Shown here in pieces: positions 1-11,317 of a DNA stretch of 64,000 nucleotides (position 1 is the stretch's first letter; every line of letters begins with the position of its first letter). The notes beneath the pieces are model-generated. The model saw nothing but the letters and a program-made list of their open reading frames with translations. It did no database searches and was not told the DNA's origin. Position numbers and translations under genes: made by a program. Source of the DNA: an uncultured Acidobacteriota bacterium (GTDB lineage Bacteria; Acidobacteriota; Vicinamibacteria; Vicinamibacterales; 2-12-FULL-66-21); NCBI GenBank assembly GCA_963844245.1, contig CAWJNJ010000005.1, positions 882,388-946,387 of the forward strand, given 5' to 3'.

Positions 1-1
1 A

Positions 2-712
2 CAAGTGAAGCCACCGGAGAAGGTCGACCAGCGGATGGCGGCCGGGATCCCGGCCGGCATGCTGGTCCTGATGTACCTGATCGTCATGGCCAGCGCGCCG
101 CAACTGCTCAACACCGTGATCGAGGAGAAAATGAGTCGCATCAGCGAAGTGCTGATCGGGTCGGTCTCGCCCTTCCAACTGATGATGGGCAAGCTGATTG
201 GCTGCGTCGGCGTATCGCTGTTGCTGGCCGCCGTGTACCTGGCTGGCGGGTTCGGCGTCGCCGCCTACTGGGGCATGCAGGAAGCCATCACACCCGCGCT
301 CGCGGCGTGGTTCCTGCTGTTCCTGACGATGGCGGTGCTGCTGTTTGGATCGATCTTCATTGCGGTGGGCGCTGCGTGCAGCGATCTCAAGGACTCACAG
401 AGCATGATGATGCCGGTGATGATGCTCATCATGTTCCCGGTCTTCACGTTTGCGTTCGTGATGCGCGCGCCTGACGGGAATCTCGCCCTGGGCCTGTCGC
501 TGTTCCCCACCGCCGCGCCGTTCCTCATGCTGATGCGAATCGGGCTTCAACCCGGACCACCCACCTGGCAGATCCTGCTCTCGGTGCTGATCATGTCGGT
601 GACGACGTTCGCGGCCGTCTGGGCGGCCGGACGGATCTTCCGGACCGGGATCCTGATGCAGGGCAAGTCGCCGACCCTCGGCGAGATGATCCGCTGGGTG
701 CGCGCCGGCTAG
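2..712 (+). CDS. ABC-2-type transporter permease, C-terminal portion (5' end outside window)
   Basis: Frame is open to the window edge. The product is a run of hydrophobic helices (EEKMSRISEVLIGSVSPFQLMMGKLIG...) typical of NatB/ABC-2 permeases. Confidence 0.6.
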   Translation, partial: QVKPPEKVDQRMAAGIPAGMLVLMYLIVMASAPQLLNTVIEEKMSRISEVLIGSVSPFQLMMGKLIGCVGVSLLLAAVYLAGGFGVAAYWGMQEAITPALAAWFLLFLTMAVLLFGSIFIAVGAACSDLKDSQSMMMPVMMLIMFPVFTFAFVMRAPDGNLALGLSLFPTAAPFLMLMRIGLQPGPPTWQILLSVLIMSVTTFAAVWAAGRIFRTGILMQGKSPTLGEMIRWVRAG

Positions 713-720
713 AGGCGGGT

Positions 721-1524
721 TTACCGCTTTTTCGAGTACGGCACCGCCAGGGATCCGGCCGGCTGCGTCACCGGGACGTAGATAACCCCGTCACTTCGCC
801 CGGTCAGCGACCATACCGGCCCGCCCGCGTAGGTTCCGGTGCGGGACATCGTGTTGGTGTCGATCAGTGCCGCGGCTCCCGACTTGTACCAGCGCTCGCC
901 TTCGAACTCGATGAAGATCGAGTTGGACCCCTGCGGGACGCCACCGATTCGCGTGTGCATGGGACGCCGTGGCGCCGTCGCTCGGTTCGTCGCACCTGCG
1001 CCGCGGTCAATCGTGGAAACATCTGCTCCCGTCGTCCCTACAGCGCTCGGCTGCGGGATGTACACGGGGATGACAGTCGTTGTCTCAGAAGCCGACCCGG
1101 CCGCCTGGGGCATCGGGACATCACCGGACTCACCGATCGCCATCGGGCGCAGCGAACTAGGGAGGCTGCCGGACGTTTCCGCGAGTGCGCCGGTTCGGGG
1201 TCGCTCGTACGGCTGCATCACGCCTGGCCCGACCGGAACGTAAACCACGCTATACGGCTCGATCGTCGTCCGGGTGTAGAGCGGGATGCCCATGTGGAAC
1301 CCGCTCCGGACCATTTCGTTGGCGTTGAAAAAGACACGCGGCCCGGCTGGGTAATACGGGTTCCCGGCGTGCGTGACGGGTTCACCGTTCAAGTACCACC
1401 GCTCGTTCTCAGCGGTAACGGTCGGATAGGGCGTCGGCTGGATGACGACCTGCCCGGCGACGGAGTTCCCGACCAAGAGCGTGATCGTCAGAGCGAAGAG
1501 CGTAGCGCCAGCTCGGCAGTTCAT
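721..1524 (-). CDS. hypothetical secreted protein with an internal duplication
   Basis: Signal peptide MNCRAGATLFALTITLLVGNSVAG. Two repeats each begin ERWY and end (V/I)YVPV. No family recognised. Confidence 0.5.
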   Translation of the reverse strand: MNCRAGATLFALTITLLVGNSVAGQVVIQPTPYPTVTAENERWYLNGEPVTHAGNPYYPAGPRVFFNANEMVRSGFHMGIPLYTRTTIEPYSVVYVPVGPGVMQPYERPRTGALAETSGSLPSSLRPMAIGESGDVPMPQAAGSASETTTVIPVYIPQPSAVGTTGADVSTIDRGAGATNRATAPRRPMHTRIGGVPQGSNSIFIEFEGERWYKSGAAALIDTNTMSRTGTYAGGPVWSLTGRSDGVIYVPVTQPAGSLAVPYSKKR

Positions 1525-1572
1525 GAATGCCTCCGAGCCATGCAGAGCCAGTGCCGTGCCGATGTGGCAGCG

Positions 1573-2499
1573 CTAAGGCGCGGCTTCCCGCTTGCGCCAA
1601 TACCTGGCCAGGCCCTGCCACGAATAATCCAGACGTCCGGCCCGTCCGTATTTTTCCGACTCCTGTATTCCCACCGCGCGACGCAACTCGTGCAGCCCTT
1701 CTTCGACGAAAGCCGCCTGGCGTTGCTCCTCGCTCAGGCTTGCGTCGGCAATCAACCTGCGGACGATCCGGCTCCACGACTCGATGTTTTCGCGCAGTTG
1801 CTGGAACTGCAGGCGGGCGCCGTGGAAGGGACCGAAGTGGGTCAGGAACAGCGTGTCGGGATCCCACGCCAGGATGCGGTCCTCGCTCTCACGCCATCGT
1901 TCCAGATCGATGTCCGGCGGCGGCGTCGGCGGCATCACGTAGGGCGGCTGGCGTCGGATTCCGGCCGTGTCGCCGACAAAGGCCACGCGGCTCGCCCGGT
2001 CGAAGTAGCTGACATGATGCGATGCGTGGCCCGGCGTGTAGGCGACGTCGATCTCCCGGCCCACGATCGAGAGCGTCTCCCCGCCCCGAAGCGAACGCAG
2101 ATTCGCCGCCGGCACCGGAAGGAACTCGCCCCACAGCCGCGCCATGTCGGCTTCCCCGTAGAGACGGGTCGCGCTGGCGATCAACTTCGCGGGATCGATC
2201 ATGTGCCCGGCGCCCCGCTCGTGGACGATGACCTCGATGGACGGGTTCTCGCGGACCAGGGTGCCCGCGACGCCGGCATGATCCAGGTGGATGTGCGTCA
2301 GCAGTAGCTGCGTGACGTCGGCGACCTTGATCCCTCTCTGCGCGAGCGACGCGCGCAGCGAGTCAATCGTCGTCGATGGCCCTGGATCGATCAGCGCAAC
2401 GCCGCCGGCACCCTGCAGCACAGCCGTCGCGATGATCTCTGGCGTGCCAAGGAAGTTCAGGTCGACGTAGTCGAGTCCCGCCGCAAGTGACCGGATCAT
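1573..2499 (-). CDS. MBL-fold metallo-hydrolase
   Basis: 308-aa ORF with the HxHxDH motif (THIHLDHAG) and downstream His/Asp ligands. Confidence 0.8.
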   Translation of the reverse strand: MIRSLAAGLDYVDLNFLGTPEIIATAVLQGAGGVALIDPGPSTTIDSLRASLAQRGIKVADVTQLLLTHIHLDHAGVAGTLVRENPSIEVIVHERGAGHMIDPAKLIASATRLYGEADMARLWGEFLPVPAANLRSLRGGETLSIVGREIDVAYTPGHASHHVSYFDRASRVAFVGDTAGIRRQPPYVMPPTPPPDIDLERWRESEDRILAWDPDTLFLTHFGPFHGARLQFQQLRENIESWSRIVRRLIADASLSEEQRQAAFVEEGLHELRRAVGIQESEKYGRAGRLDYSWQGLARYWRKREAAP

Positions 2500-2562
2500 G
2501 GGTTGCGCGGCATGTTATCCCAGCCGCCGGGCGTCCTTGACTTGGTAGAATCGAAGAACACG

Positions 2563-2877
2563 ATGAGCGATACCGAAAGGCAGACTGGCGGGGAGGTCCT
2601 CGAGCGCGAAAAACAGCAAACCAAGCGGCCGGAGCTGTTCAAGGTGCTGCTCCTGAACGACGACTACACGACAATGGATTTCGTGGTCGAGGTGCTCGAG
2701 TCGATCTTCAATAAGCAGCCGGCCGAGGCGTTTCGCATCATGATGATGGTTCACACGCAGGGGAAGGGGCTCTGCGGTGTGTATCCGCACGAGATTGCCG
2801 AGACGAAGGTCGAGGCAGTCATCACAAGCGCCCGTGAGCACGGCTTCCCCCTGAAAGCCGCGATGGAGCCCGAATAA
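2563..2877 (+). CDS. clpS: ATP-dependent Clp protease adaptor ClpS
   Basis: ClpS core LLNDDYTTMDFVVEVL...FRIMMMVHTQGKG. ATG at 2563 gives a typical 104-aa product; the ORF track starts at an upstream TTG at 2503. Immediately precedes clpA. Confidence 0.9.
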   Translation: MSDTERQTGGEVLEREKQQTKRPELFKVLLLNDDYTTMDFVVEVLESIFNKQPAEAFRIMMMVHTQGKGLCGVYPHEIAETKVEAVITSAREHGFPLKAAMEPE

Positions 2878-5207
<2,330 letters not shown>

Positions 5208-5211
<4 letters not shown>

Positions 5212-5777
5212 CCGACGAGAACATCAAGGTTGTCGATCGCCGCTGGTGGGCGCAGGATCCAGGCGAGCAGCGCGAAGACACCCGTGGCTCAGGCAAGCCG
5301 ACCTACCTCGAGGACCTCGAGAAGCAGCTCGCTGAGAAGGACAAACAGATCGCCGAGTACCTCGCGAAGTACCGCGGCGCGGCCGCAGAGTTCGAAGAGG
5401 CGCGGCTGCGGCTGCGGCGTGAGATCTCAAAGGATACCGAGCGCTCACGCCGGGAGATCCTCGCGGATCTGCTCGACGTTGTCGACAACCTGGATCGCGC
5501 CATGGCATCAGCCCGCGCGGGTGGGTCGCTCGAGTCGCTCGTGGAGGGCGTCGAGATGGTCCGCCGCCAGTTCCTCGCCAAGCTCGAAGGGTTCGGCGTC
5601 AAACGGATCGACGTGGACCACCAGCGTTTCGATCCGGCGCTCCACGAAGCCATCAGCAGCGTCCCGGCCGCGACACCCGACCAGGACGGCATGGTTGTCG
5701 GCACCGTTCGCACCGGCTATCGCATCGGCGATGATGTGCTGAGACCGGCCGCGGTAGCGGTGGCGAAGCACGAATAA
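5208..5777 (+). CDS. grpE: nucleotide exchange factor GrpE
   Basis: 189 aa. Charged coiled-coil N-terminus followed by the GrpE C-terminal domain (DPALHEAISSVP...VGTVRTGYRIGDDVLRPAAVAV). The ATG overlaps the clpA TGA (ATGA). Confidence 0.9.
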
Positions 5778-5864
5778 GCTCTCAGCTCTCAGCTTTCAGC
5801 TTTCAGTTACCGAGCTGACTACGCTCGTTTTGGCTGAGAACTGACAGCTGATAGCTGATAGCTA
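5778..5864. repeat. AGCT+N3 heptad hairpin filling the gap between two convergent stop codons
   Basis: Left arm is agct-ctc-agct-ctc-agct-ttc-agct-ttc-agtt. Right arm is ggct-gag-aact-gac-agct-gat-agct-gat-agct. The arms are complementary except for one spacer base per unit. The element starts right after the grpE TAA and ends in the CTA (reverse TAG) of the next gene. Confidence 0.75.
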
Positions 5865-6551
5865 TTTCAGGATCCCCTTCGGTACCTTCCACTCGTACAG
5901 CTCCGGCTTCATCCGGCCGGCTTTGACCATCGGGTCCGCTGACGCTCGCTCCATCGCCTCGGCCATCGTCGACACGCGGTAGCCGATCAGGCCGCGTCGG
6001 TGCCCGGCCTTGACGAGTGGGCCCGCGAGCACGAGTTTGCCGATCTTGGCCTGTGCCTCCATGTGACCCAGGTGGCCGGTCATGAGTTGCTTCTGCTCCT
6101 CGGGAGTTACGGCCGCGGTGTTCGCGCCGGTCACGAGAAAGCCGAAGTAGATCGTCTCGGTCTCCGTAACGCTCGATGGCTTCTGGAACCAGCCTTCCGG
6201 ACCCATCCACTGCAGAACCTCCACGGCGTAGCGGCCCTCCTTCACGCCGGGATCCGCTTCCGCGATCGCCTTCGCGTCTTCCGGTGTGCCGTTGAGGATG
6301 TAGAACCCCTGAGACTTGTTATCGCCGGCGAATGACCCACCAATCAACGCCCGCCCGGACCGGAGGAGCTCGGCGAGATACGCGCGATGCGCCTGCGCAC
6401 CCGGATTGTCACTGGGAGACCAGTCCGGGCCGATGCCCACCAGGACCGCCTGGTAGGTCGTCATCTTGTACTCGTCGATCTTCGGCTTCTCCTGGGCTGG
6501 CGTGGCAGCTACAAGCATCAGAAGCGCGAAAGCCGTTATCAACCGACTCAT
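5862..6551 (-). CDS. secreted protein with two tandem YciI-like domains
   Basis: Signal peptide MSRLITAFALLMLVAATPAQ followed by two YciI-type modules (...AEADPGVKEGRYAVEVLQW... and ...ASADPMVKAGRMKPELYEW...). Confidence 0.65.
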   Translation of the reverse strand: MSRLITAFALLMLVAATPAQEKPKIDEYKMTTYQAVLVGIGPDWSPSDNPGAQAHRAYLAELLRSGRALIGGSFAGDNKSQGFYILNGTPEDAKAIAEADPGVKEGRYAVEVLQWMGPEGWFQKPSSVTETETIYFGFLVTGANTAAVTPEEQKQLMTGHLGHMEAQAKIGKLVLAGPLVKAGHRRGLIGYRVSTMAEAMERASADPMVKAGRMKPELYEWKVPKGILK

Positions 6552-6568
6552 GGAAACCTCCGCGTCAC

Positions 6569-6590
6569 GGGGCGGTTCACGAACCGCCCC
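6569..6590 (-). terminator. short GC hairpin between the BNR gene and the YciI-like gene
   Basis: ggggcgg-ttcacgaa-ccgcccc (7-bp stem) abutting the BNR stop codon. No clear U-tract, so function is uncertain. Confidence 0.3.
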
Positions 6591-9500
6591 TACTTGATTG
6601 GCTCCACACCGGCGCGCTTGGCCTCCGCGTTGAACGCGGGCAGGTCCTTCGCGAGGACCTGCTGCAGGCGATCGGTCTCGACCTTCAGTTCCGCGGTGAC
6701 ATCCTTGAAGATCTCTTCGGCGCTACCGATCGGTTTACCATCACCGGCGTTGACGACCCGGTTGAGCGCGGCGATCCGGTTGTTGATCCGGATCGGGAAG
6801 TTCAGCGGATCCTGGCCGCTCTGGTTCTTGGTCTGGTAGATCGCCTCTTCCACAGACGTCAGGTTGGTGGCCAGCCGCTCGCCCGCTGCCTTGAGGGCGG
6901 CGTTCTCCGACTTGGCCGTGCGCGCGGTGATCTGATCCTTCAACTCCCGGATCCGGATGACCGCGTTGTTCGCTTCGCTGACCTTGTCGCGAATCCGGAT
7001 CGCCAGGTCGAACTGCTCTTTCAGATCCGCATCGGTCGCTGAGCGAAGCGGGTGGCGCCGGACGATGAGCGGCTGCGTCTGCGTGCGGCCATCGACAGTG
7101 AGACGGACCTGGTATTTGCCTGGGACGGCCGCCGGTCCATTCGTACTTGCGCCCCAGAGGACCATGCCGGGAAACGTCGTCGCGCCGGGATAGTTCAAGC
7201 CCCAGTTCACGCGATTCAAGCCGGCCGCCATCGAGGCTCCGGGCGGGCCGCCGCGTCCACGGCCACCTCCTCGCCCCTGCTCTCCTTCCGCGGGCGCGCC
7301 TGCGGCACCCGCTCCCTGTCCGCCCGCTCCCGGTCCGCCGCCACGCTGCGGCGGCACCGCCCCCTCTGCAGTGAAGATCACCGCCCCGGCGGAATCGAGC
7401 ACATCGAGCGTCAGCTTCTGCGCCGGCTTCTTCAGCATGTAGGTGATGGTTGCGCCACCGACGCCGCGAATTGCGTCCGCCGGCGCGAACAAGAATGCAT
7501 CCTCGCTCCCGCCGGCCTCGGGTGCCTGCCGCAGGCTGTTGAGGTCATCGAGGACGTAGAAGCTGCGGCCATGCGTTGCAATCGCGATCGAGTTCTCTTC
7601 GATCCACGCATCCGCAACCGGGACGTCCGGCAGATTCAAGGACAGGGACTGCCAGGCCTCGCCATCGTTGTACGAGACGTAGAAACCGTGCTGCGTGCCG
7701 GCGTAGAGCATGCCCTTGCGCTTCTTGTCTTCGCGGACGACGTGGACGTAGTCGAGCGGGCCGATACCGTTCACGATCTTCGTCCAGGTCTTGCCGAAGT
7801 CGTGCGTTCTGAAGATGTAAGGCTTGAGATCGTCCAGCAGCGGCTTGCGAACGGAGACATACGCGGTCCCGGCGTTGAATGCCGACGCGTCGATCTGGCT
7901 CACGCGGCCGAACTCCGGCATCTCTTTCGGGGTGACGTTCGTCCAGGTCTTCCCACCGTCCCGCGTCACGTTCACGAGCCCGTCGTCTGATCCGGCCCAG
8001 AGGATGTTGGCGTCGGTCTTACCGGGACCAAGCGCAAAGACCACGGCGTAGATCTCCGGGCCATTCATGTCGCCCGTAATCGGTCCACCGGACGGTCCCA
8101 TCGTCTTTGGATCGTGGCGGGTCAGGTCGCCGCTGATCCTGGTCCACGTCTGTCCCTGGGTGGTTGTTTTCCAGACGTGCTGCGAGGACGTGTAGAGGAT
8201 CGTCGGATCGACCGGCGAAAAGATGAGCGGCGTGCTCCACTGCCAGCGCTCCTTCACGGCGCTCGACGGCTCACCCGAGAAGATCCGCGGATACGGATTC
8301 ACTTCGCGCTGCTCGCCGGTCTTTCGGTTCAGGCGCGTGAGGAAGGTGCCGTTGTTGCCGCCCGAGAAGATGACGTCGCTGTCTTTCGGATCCGGAGCGA
8401 TGGTGCCGTTCTCGGACCCGCCGGCGCCGTACATTTCCGGCGCCCCGCCGCCGCGCCCACCGCCGCCACCGCCACCGCCACGTCCGGCACCGCCGCGACC
8501 GCCCCGGCCTTCTTCAGTTGCGCCCCCGCGCCTGGCTGCAGCCTGCGCCTGCGCGATCTGCGTTCCGACCGGCGACACGGACGTGCTGTTGATGCAGACG
8601 GTGCTGCCGTCCTGCTGCGCGCCGCACAGGTGGTAAGGCATGTGCGCGGTCGTCGCGACGTGGTAGTACTGCGCCGTCGGGAAGTCCTGCGCCGTCCAGC
8701 CCTGGCCGGCTTCCATCGAGACCGCTCCGCCGCCGTCGTTGCCGATGACGAGGTGCTTGGGATTGTCGGGATCGATCCAGAGGTCGTGGTGATCACCGTG
8801 GGTGCCCTGTCCGATGTTGGTCAGCGTCTTCCCGCCATCGATCGAGCGATAACCACTGACGTTGAGCAGGTAGACGGTGTCTTTGGCGACCGGGTCCGCA
8901 GCGACGTGGGTGTAGTAGAACGCGCGCTGCCGGATGTTGCGGTCAGCGTTCACCAGCGTCCACGTCTTCCCGCCATCGTCGGTGCTGAAAAGGCCGCCTT
9001 TCTCGTTCTCGATCAGCGCGTAAACGCGGTTCGCGTCCGCGCCGGAGATCGAGACACCAATGCGGCCGACGACGCCGGTCGGCAGACCGGGGCTCCGCGT
9101 GATCTCGGTCCAGGTTTCGCCACCGTCGGTGGACTTGAAGAGGCCGCTGCCGGGACCACCGCTCGACATCTGGTACTCGACCCGGTACGCCTCCCACATC
9201 GCGGCGTAGAGCAGATTGGGGTCCTTGCGGTCCAGCGAGATGTCGACCGCTCCGGTCTTGTCGTCGCGGAAGAGGGTCTTCTTCCAGGTCTTGCCGCCGT
9301 CGGTGCTCTTGAATACGCCGCGCTCGGCGCTGGGGGCGCCGTACTTTCCGAAGCTGGCGACAAAGACAATGTCAGGGTTGGTGGGATGGATCCTGATCCG
9401 CGAAATGGCCTGGGAATCGGCAAAGCCGACATGCGTCCAGGTCTTGCCGGCATCGGTGGACTTGTAGACGCCATCCCCCGGCATGATGTTGCCGCGGATG

Positions 9501-9862
9501 CACGACTCGCCCATTCCGATGAAGACGACGTCGGGATTCGATTCCGAGACCGCCACGGCTCCCACTGAGGCGCTCTTGATCTGTCCGTCGGTGACGGGCA
9601 GCCAGTTCTCACCGGCGTCGGTGGTCTTCCACAGCCCCCCGCCAACGGCCCCGAAGTAGGCCTCTCTCGGCCGTCCCTTGACGCCGCTGACCGCGATCGA
9701 GCGTCCGCCGCGATCGGGGCCGATGCTGCGCCACGTCAACTGACTGACGACGGGGTTCTGCGCGCCTGCAGGCGCAGGAGCCTGCTGAGCCGTGCCCGGC
9801 ATCAGGGCAACGGAAACGATGGCAGCGGTGACGGCGGCGAGCACCGCGGGGCGAATGATCAT
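6590..9862 (-). CDS. BNR/Asp-box repeat, sortilin (VPS10)-type beta-propeller glycosidase-like exported protein
   Basis: ATG at 9862 is preceded by GGAGG and followed by a signal peptide. Multiple SxDxGxTW boxes (STDAGKTW, STDGGKTW, STDGGETW, TDDGGKTW, TRDGGKTW, THDFGKTW). The ORF track extends to 9886. Confidence 0.8.
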   Translation of the reverse strand: MIIRPAVLAAVTAAIVSVALMPGTAQQAPAPAGAQNPVVSQLTWRSIGPDRGGRSIAVSGVKGRPREAYFGAVGGGLWKTTDAGENWLPVTDGQIKSASVGAVAVSESNPDVVFIGMGESCIRGNIMPGDGVYKSTDAGKTWTHVGFADSQAISRIRIHPTNPDIVFVASFGKYGAPSAERGVFKSTDGGKTWKKTLFRDDKTGAVDISLDRKDPNLLYAAMWEAYRVEYQMSSGGPGSGLFKSTDGGETWTEITRSPGLPTGVVGRIGVSISGADANRVYALIENEKGGLFSTDDGGKTWTLVNADRNIRQRAFYYTHVAADPVAKDTVYLLNVSGYRSIDGGKTLTNIGQGTHGDHHDLWIDPDNPKHLVIGNDGGGAVSMEAGQGWTAQDFPTAQYYHVATTAHMPYHLCGAQQDGSTVCINSTSVSPVGTQIAQAQAAARRGGATEEGRGGRGGAGRGGGGGGGGRGGGAPEMYGAGGSENGTIAPDPKDSDVIFSGGNNGTFLTRLNRKTGEQREVNPYPRIFSGEPSSAVKERWQWSTPLIFSPVDPTILYTSSQHVWKTTTQGQTWTRISGDLTRHDPKTMGPSGGPITGDMNGPEIYAVVFALGPGKTDANILWAGSDDGLVNVTRDGGKTWTNVTPKEMPEFGRVSQIDASAFNAGTAYVSVRKPLLDDLKPYIFRTHDFGKTWTKIVNGIGPLDYVHVVREDKKRKGMLYAGTQHGFYVSYNDGEAWQSLSLNLPDVPVADAWIEENSIAIATHGRSFYVLDDLNSLRQAPEAGGSEDAFLFAPADAIRGVGGATITYMLKKPAQKLTLDVLDSAGAVIFTAEGAVPPQRGGGPGAGGQGAGAAGAPAEGEQGRGGGRGRGGPPGASMAAGLNRVNWGLNYPGATTFPGMVLWGASTNGPAAVPGKYQVRLTVDGRTQTQPLIVRRHPLRSATDADLKEQFDLAIRIRDKVSEANNAVIRIRELKDQITARTAKSENAALKAAGERLATNLTSVEEAIYQTKNQSGQDPLNFPIRINNRIAALNRVVNAGDGKPIGSAEEIFKDVTAELKVETDRLQQVLAKDLPAFNAEAKRAGVEPIK

Positions 9863-9948
9863 GGAGCCTCCTGATTGGAGGCTCATTATTGCTTAGGACG
9901 GGACGGGAGTATTGCCTCATCGCTGAGGCCGTAGTAGCCTCCACGCCT

Positions 9949-11307
9949 ATGTACTCACGCGAAGAAGTCAAAGCCATCACCGACAAGGTGCTCAGCATGG
10001 CCTCAAAGGCCACGGGCGCCGAAGTCGATTTCAGCGGCGGCGAGCGTTCCGCGACACGGTTCGCAAACTCGACCATCACCGCCAACATCGTTCAGTTCGA
10101 CCGCCAGGTGAGCGTCACCGTCAGGCAGGGAACCAAGAGCGGTAGCGCCAGTACCCGGCAGTTCGACGATGCGTCGCTGCAGGAGATGGTGAATAACGCG
10201 ATGAAGGCGGCCGAGGCCGGGCGCGAGAATCCGAACATGGAGCCGTTGACCGGGCCGCAGACGTACATCCCGGTGAACGCGGCCCTGCCCGCGGGCGCCA
10301 ACTTCGGCCCGGCCGAGCGCGCGAAACTCGCCAAGACGAGCATCGACGTGTCGGACAAGATGAAGACGGTGGGCTCCGGCTACATCCCCAAGACACACCA
10401 GACCAGCTGCACGGCGAACTCGAACGGCCTGTTCGCGTACTACCAGGTCGCGGAGACGAGCTTCATCCTTACCTGCAGGACGGCCGACGGGATGGGATCA
10501 GGCTGGGCGGGCACGACCGGGATCAAGGATCCGTCAACGATCGACGCGGCCGAGCTCACCAGGGTTGCCTCGGACAAGGCGGTCAAGAGCCGCGGCGCCA
10601 AGGCACTCGAGCCCGGACGCTACACCGTGATCCTCGAGCCCCGCGCCAACGCGCGGTTCCTCTCGCTGATGACGGGCCTCTTCAACGCGCAGTCCGCCGA
10701 GAATCCGTTCGGCAAGACGTATTTCACCGGCAAGGAACCCGGCACCAACAAGATCGGCGAGAAGGTGTTCAGCGAAGGGCTGACGCTGCGGAGCGACATC
10801 GGCAACCCGATCCTGCTGCAGAGCCCGATCGGCGGCGACAACCTGCCCCTCGGCGACGTGACCTGGGTTGAGAAAGGCGTCCTCAAGAACCTGGCCTACA
10901 ACGGCGCCTATGCCCGCCGGCAGAAGAAGCCAGTGACGCCTGCGTCCATCAACAACAGTCTCGTGATGGAAGGGACCAACCAGTCGGTCGAGGAGATGAT
11001 CAAGTCGACGCGCCGCGGTTTGCTGGTGACGTTCTTCTGGTACATCCGCGGCGTCGACAACGAAACGCTGCTGAACACCGGCATGACGCGCGACGGCCTG
11101 TTCCTGATTGAGAACGGCGAAATCGCCGGCCCGGTCCAGAACTTCCGCTGGAACATGTCGCCGATTGTCGGCTACAACAACCTCACCGCCGTGGGGAAAT
11201 CGGTCTCCATGCACACGGGCGAATCCTACGACGGCGGTGGCTCCGCTCTCGTGCCGCCGGTGCGTATCGAAGACTTTCTGATGACCTCGGTTTCTCCCGC
11301 AGTTTAA
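9949..11307 (+). CDS. TldD/PmbA family protein, PmbA/TldE-type
   Basis: 452 aa from ATG 9949. PmbA-like N-terminus (EVKAITDKVLSMA...ERSATRFANSTITANI) with no HExxxH motif. Paired with the TldD-type gene downstream. Confidence 0.8.
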   Translation: MYSREEVKAITDKVLSMASKATGAEVDFSGGERSATRFANSTITANIVQFDRQVSVTVRQGTKSGSASTRQFDDASLQEMVNNAMKAAEAGRENPNMEPLTGPQTYIPVNAALPAGANFGPAERAKLAKTSIDVSDKMKTVGSGYIPKTHQTSCTANSNGLFAYYQVAETSFILTCRTADGMGSGWAGTTGIKDPSTIDAAELTRVASDKAVKSRGAKALEPGRYTVILEPRANARFLSLMTGLFNAQSAENPFGKTYFTGKEPGTNKIGEKVFSEGLTLRSDIGNPILLQSPIGGDNLPLGDVTWVEKGVLKNLAYNGAYARRQKKPVTPASINNSLVMEGTNQSVEEMIKSTRRGLLVTFFWYIRGVDNETLLNTGMTRDGLFLIENGEIAGPVQNFRWNMSPIVGYNNLTAVGKSVSMHTGESYDGGGSALVPPVRIEDFLMTSVSPAV

Positions 11308-11317
11308 GGACGCCGCC

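Noticed and set aside
5751-6600. An apparent 1-nt disagreement between my hand count of the printed sequence and the ORF-track coordinates, starting near 5760 and gone by 9884
   Set aside because: All other anchors I checked agree exactly, so I attribute this to my own manual reading. I used ORF-track coordinates here and shifted the nearby non-coding features by -1.
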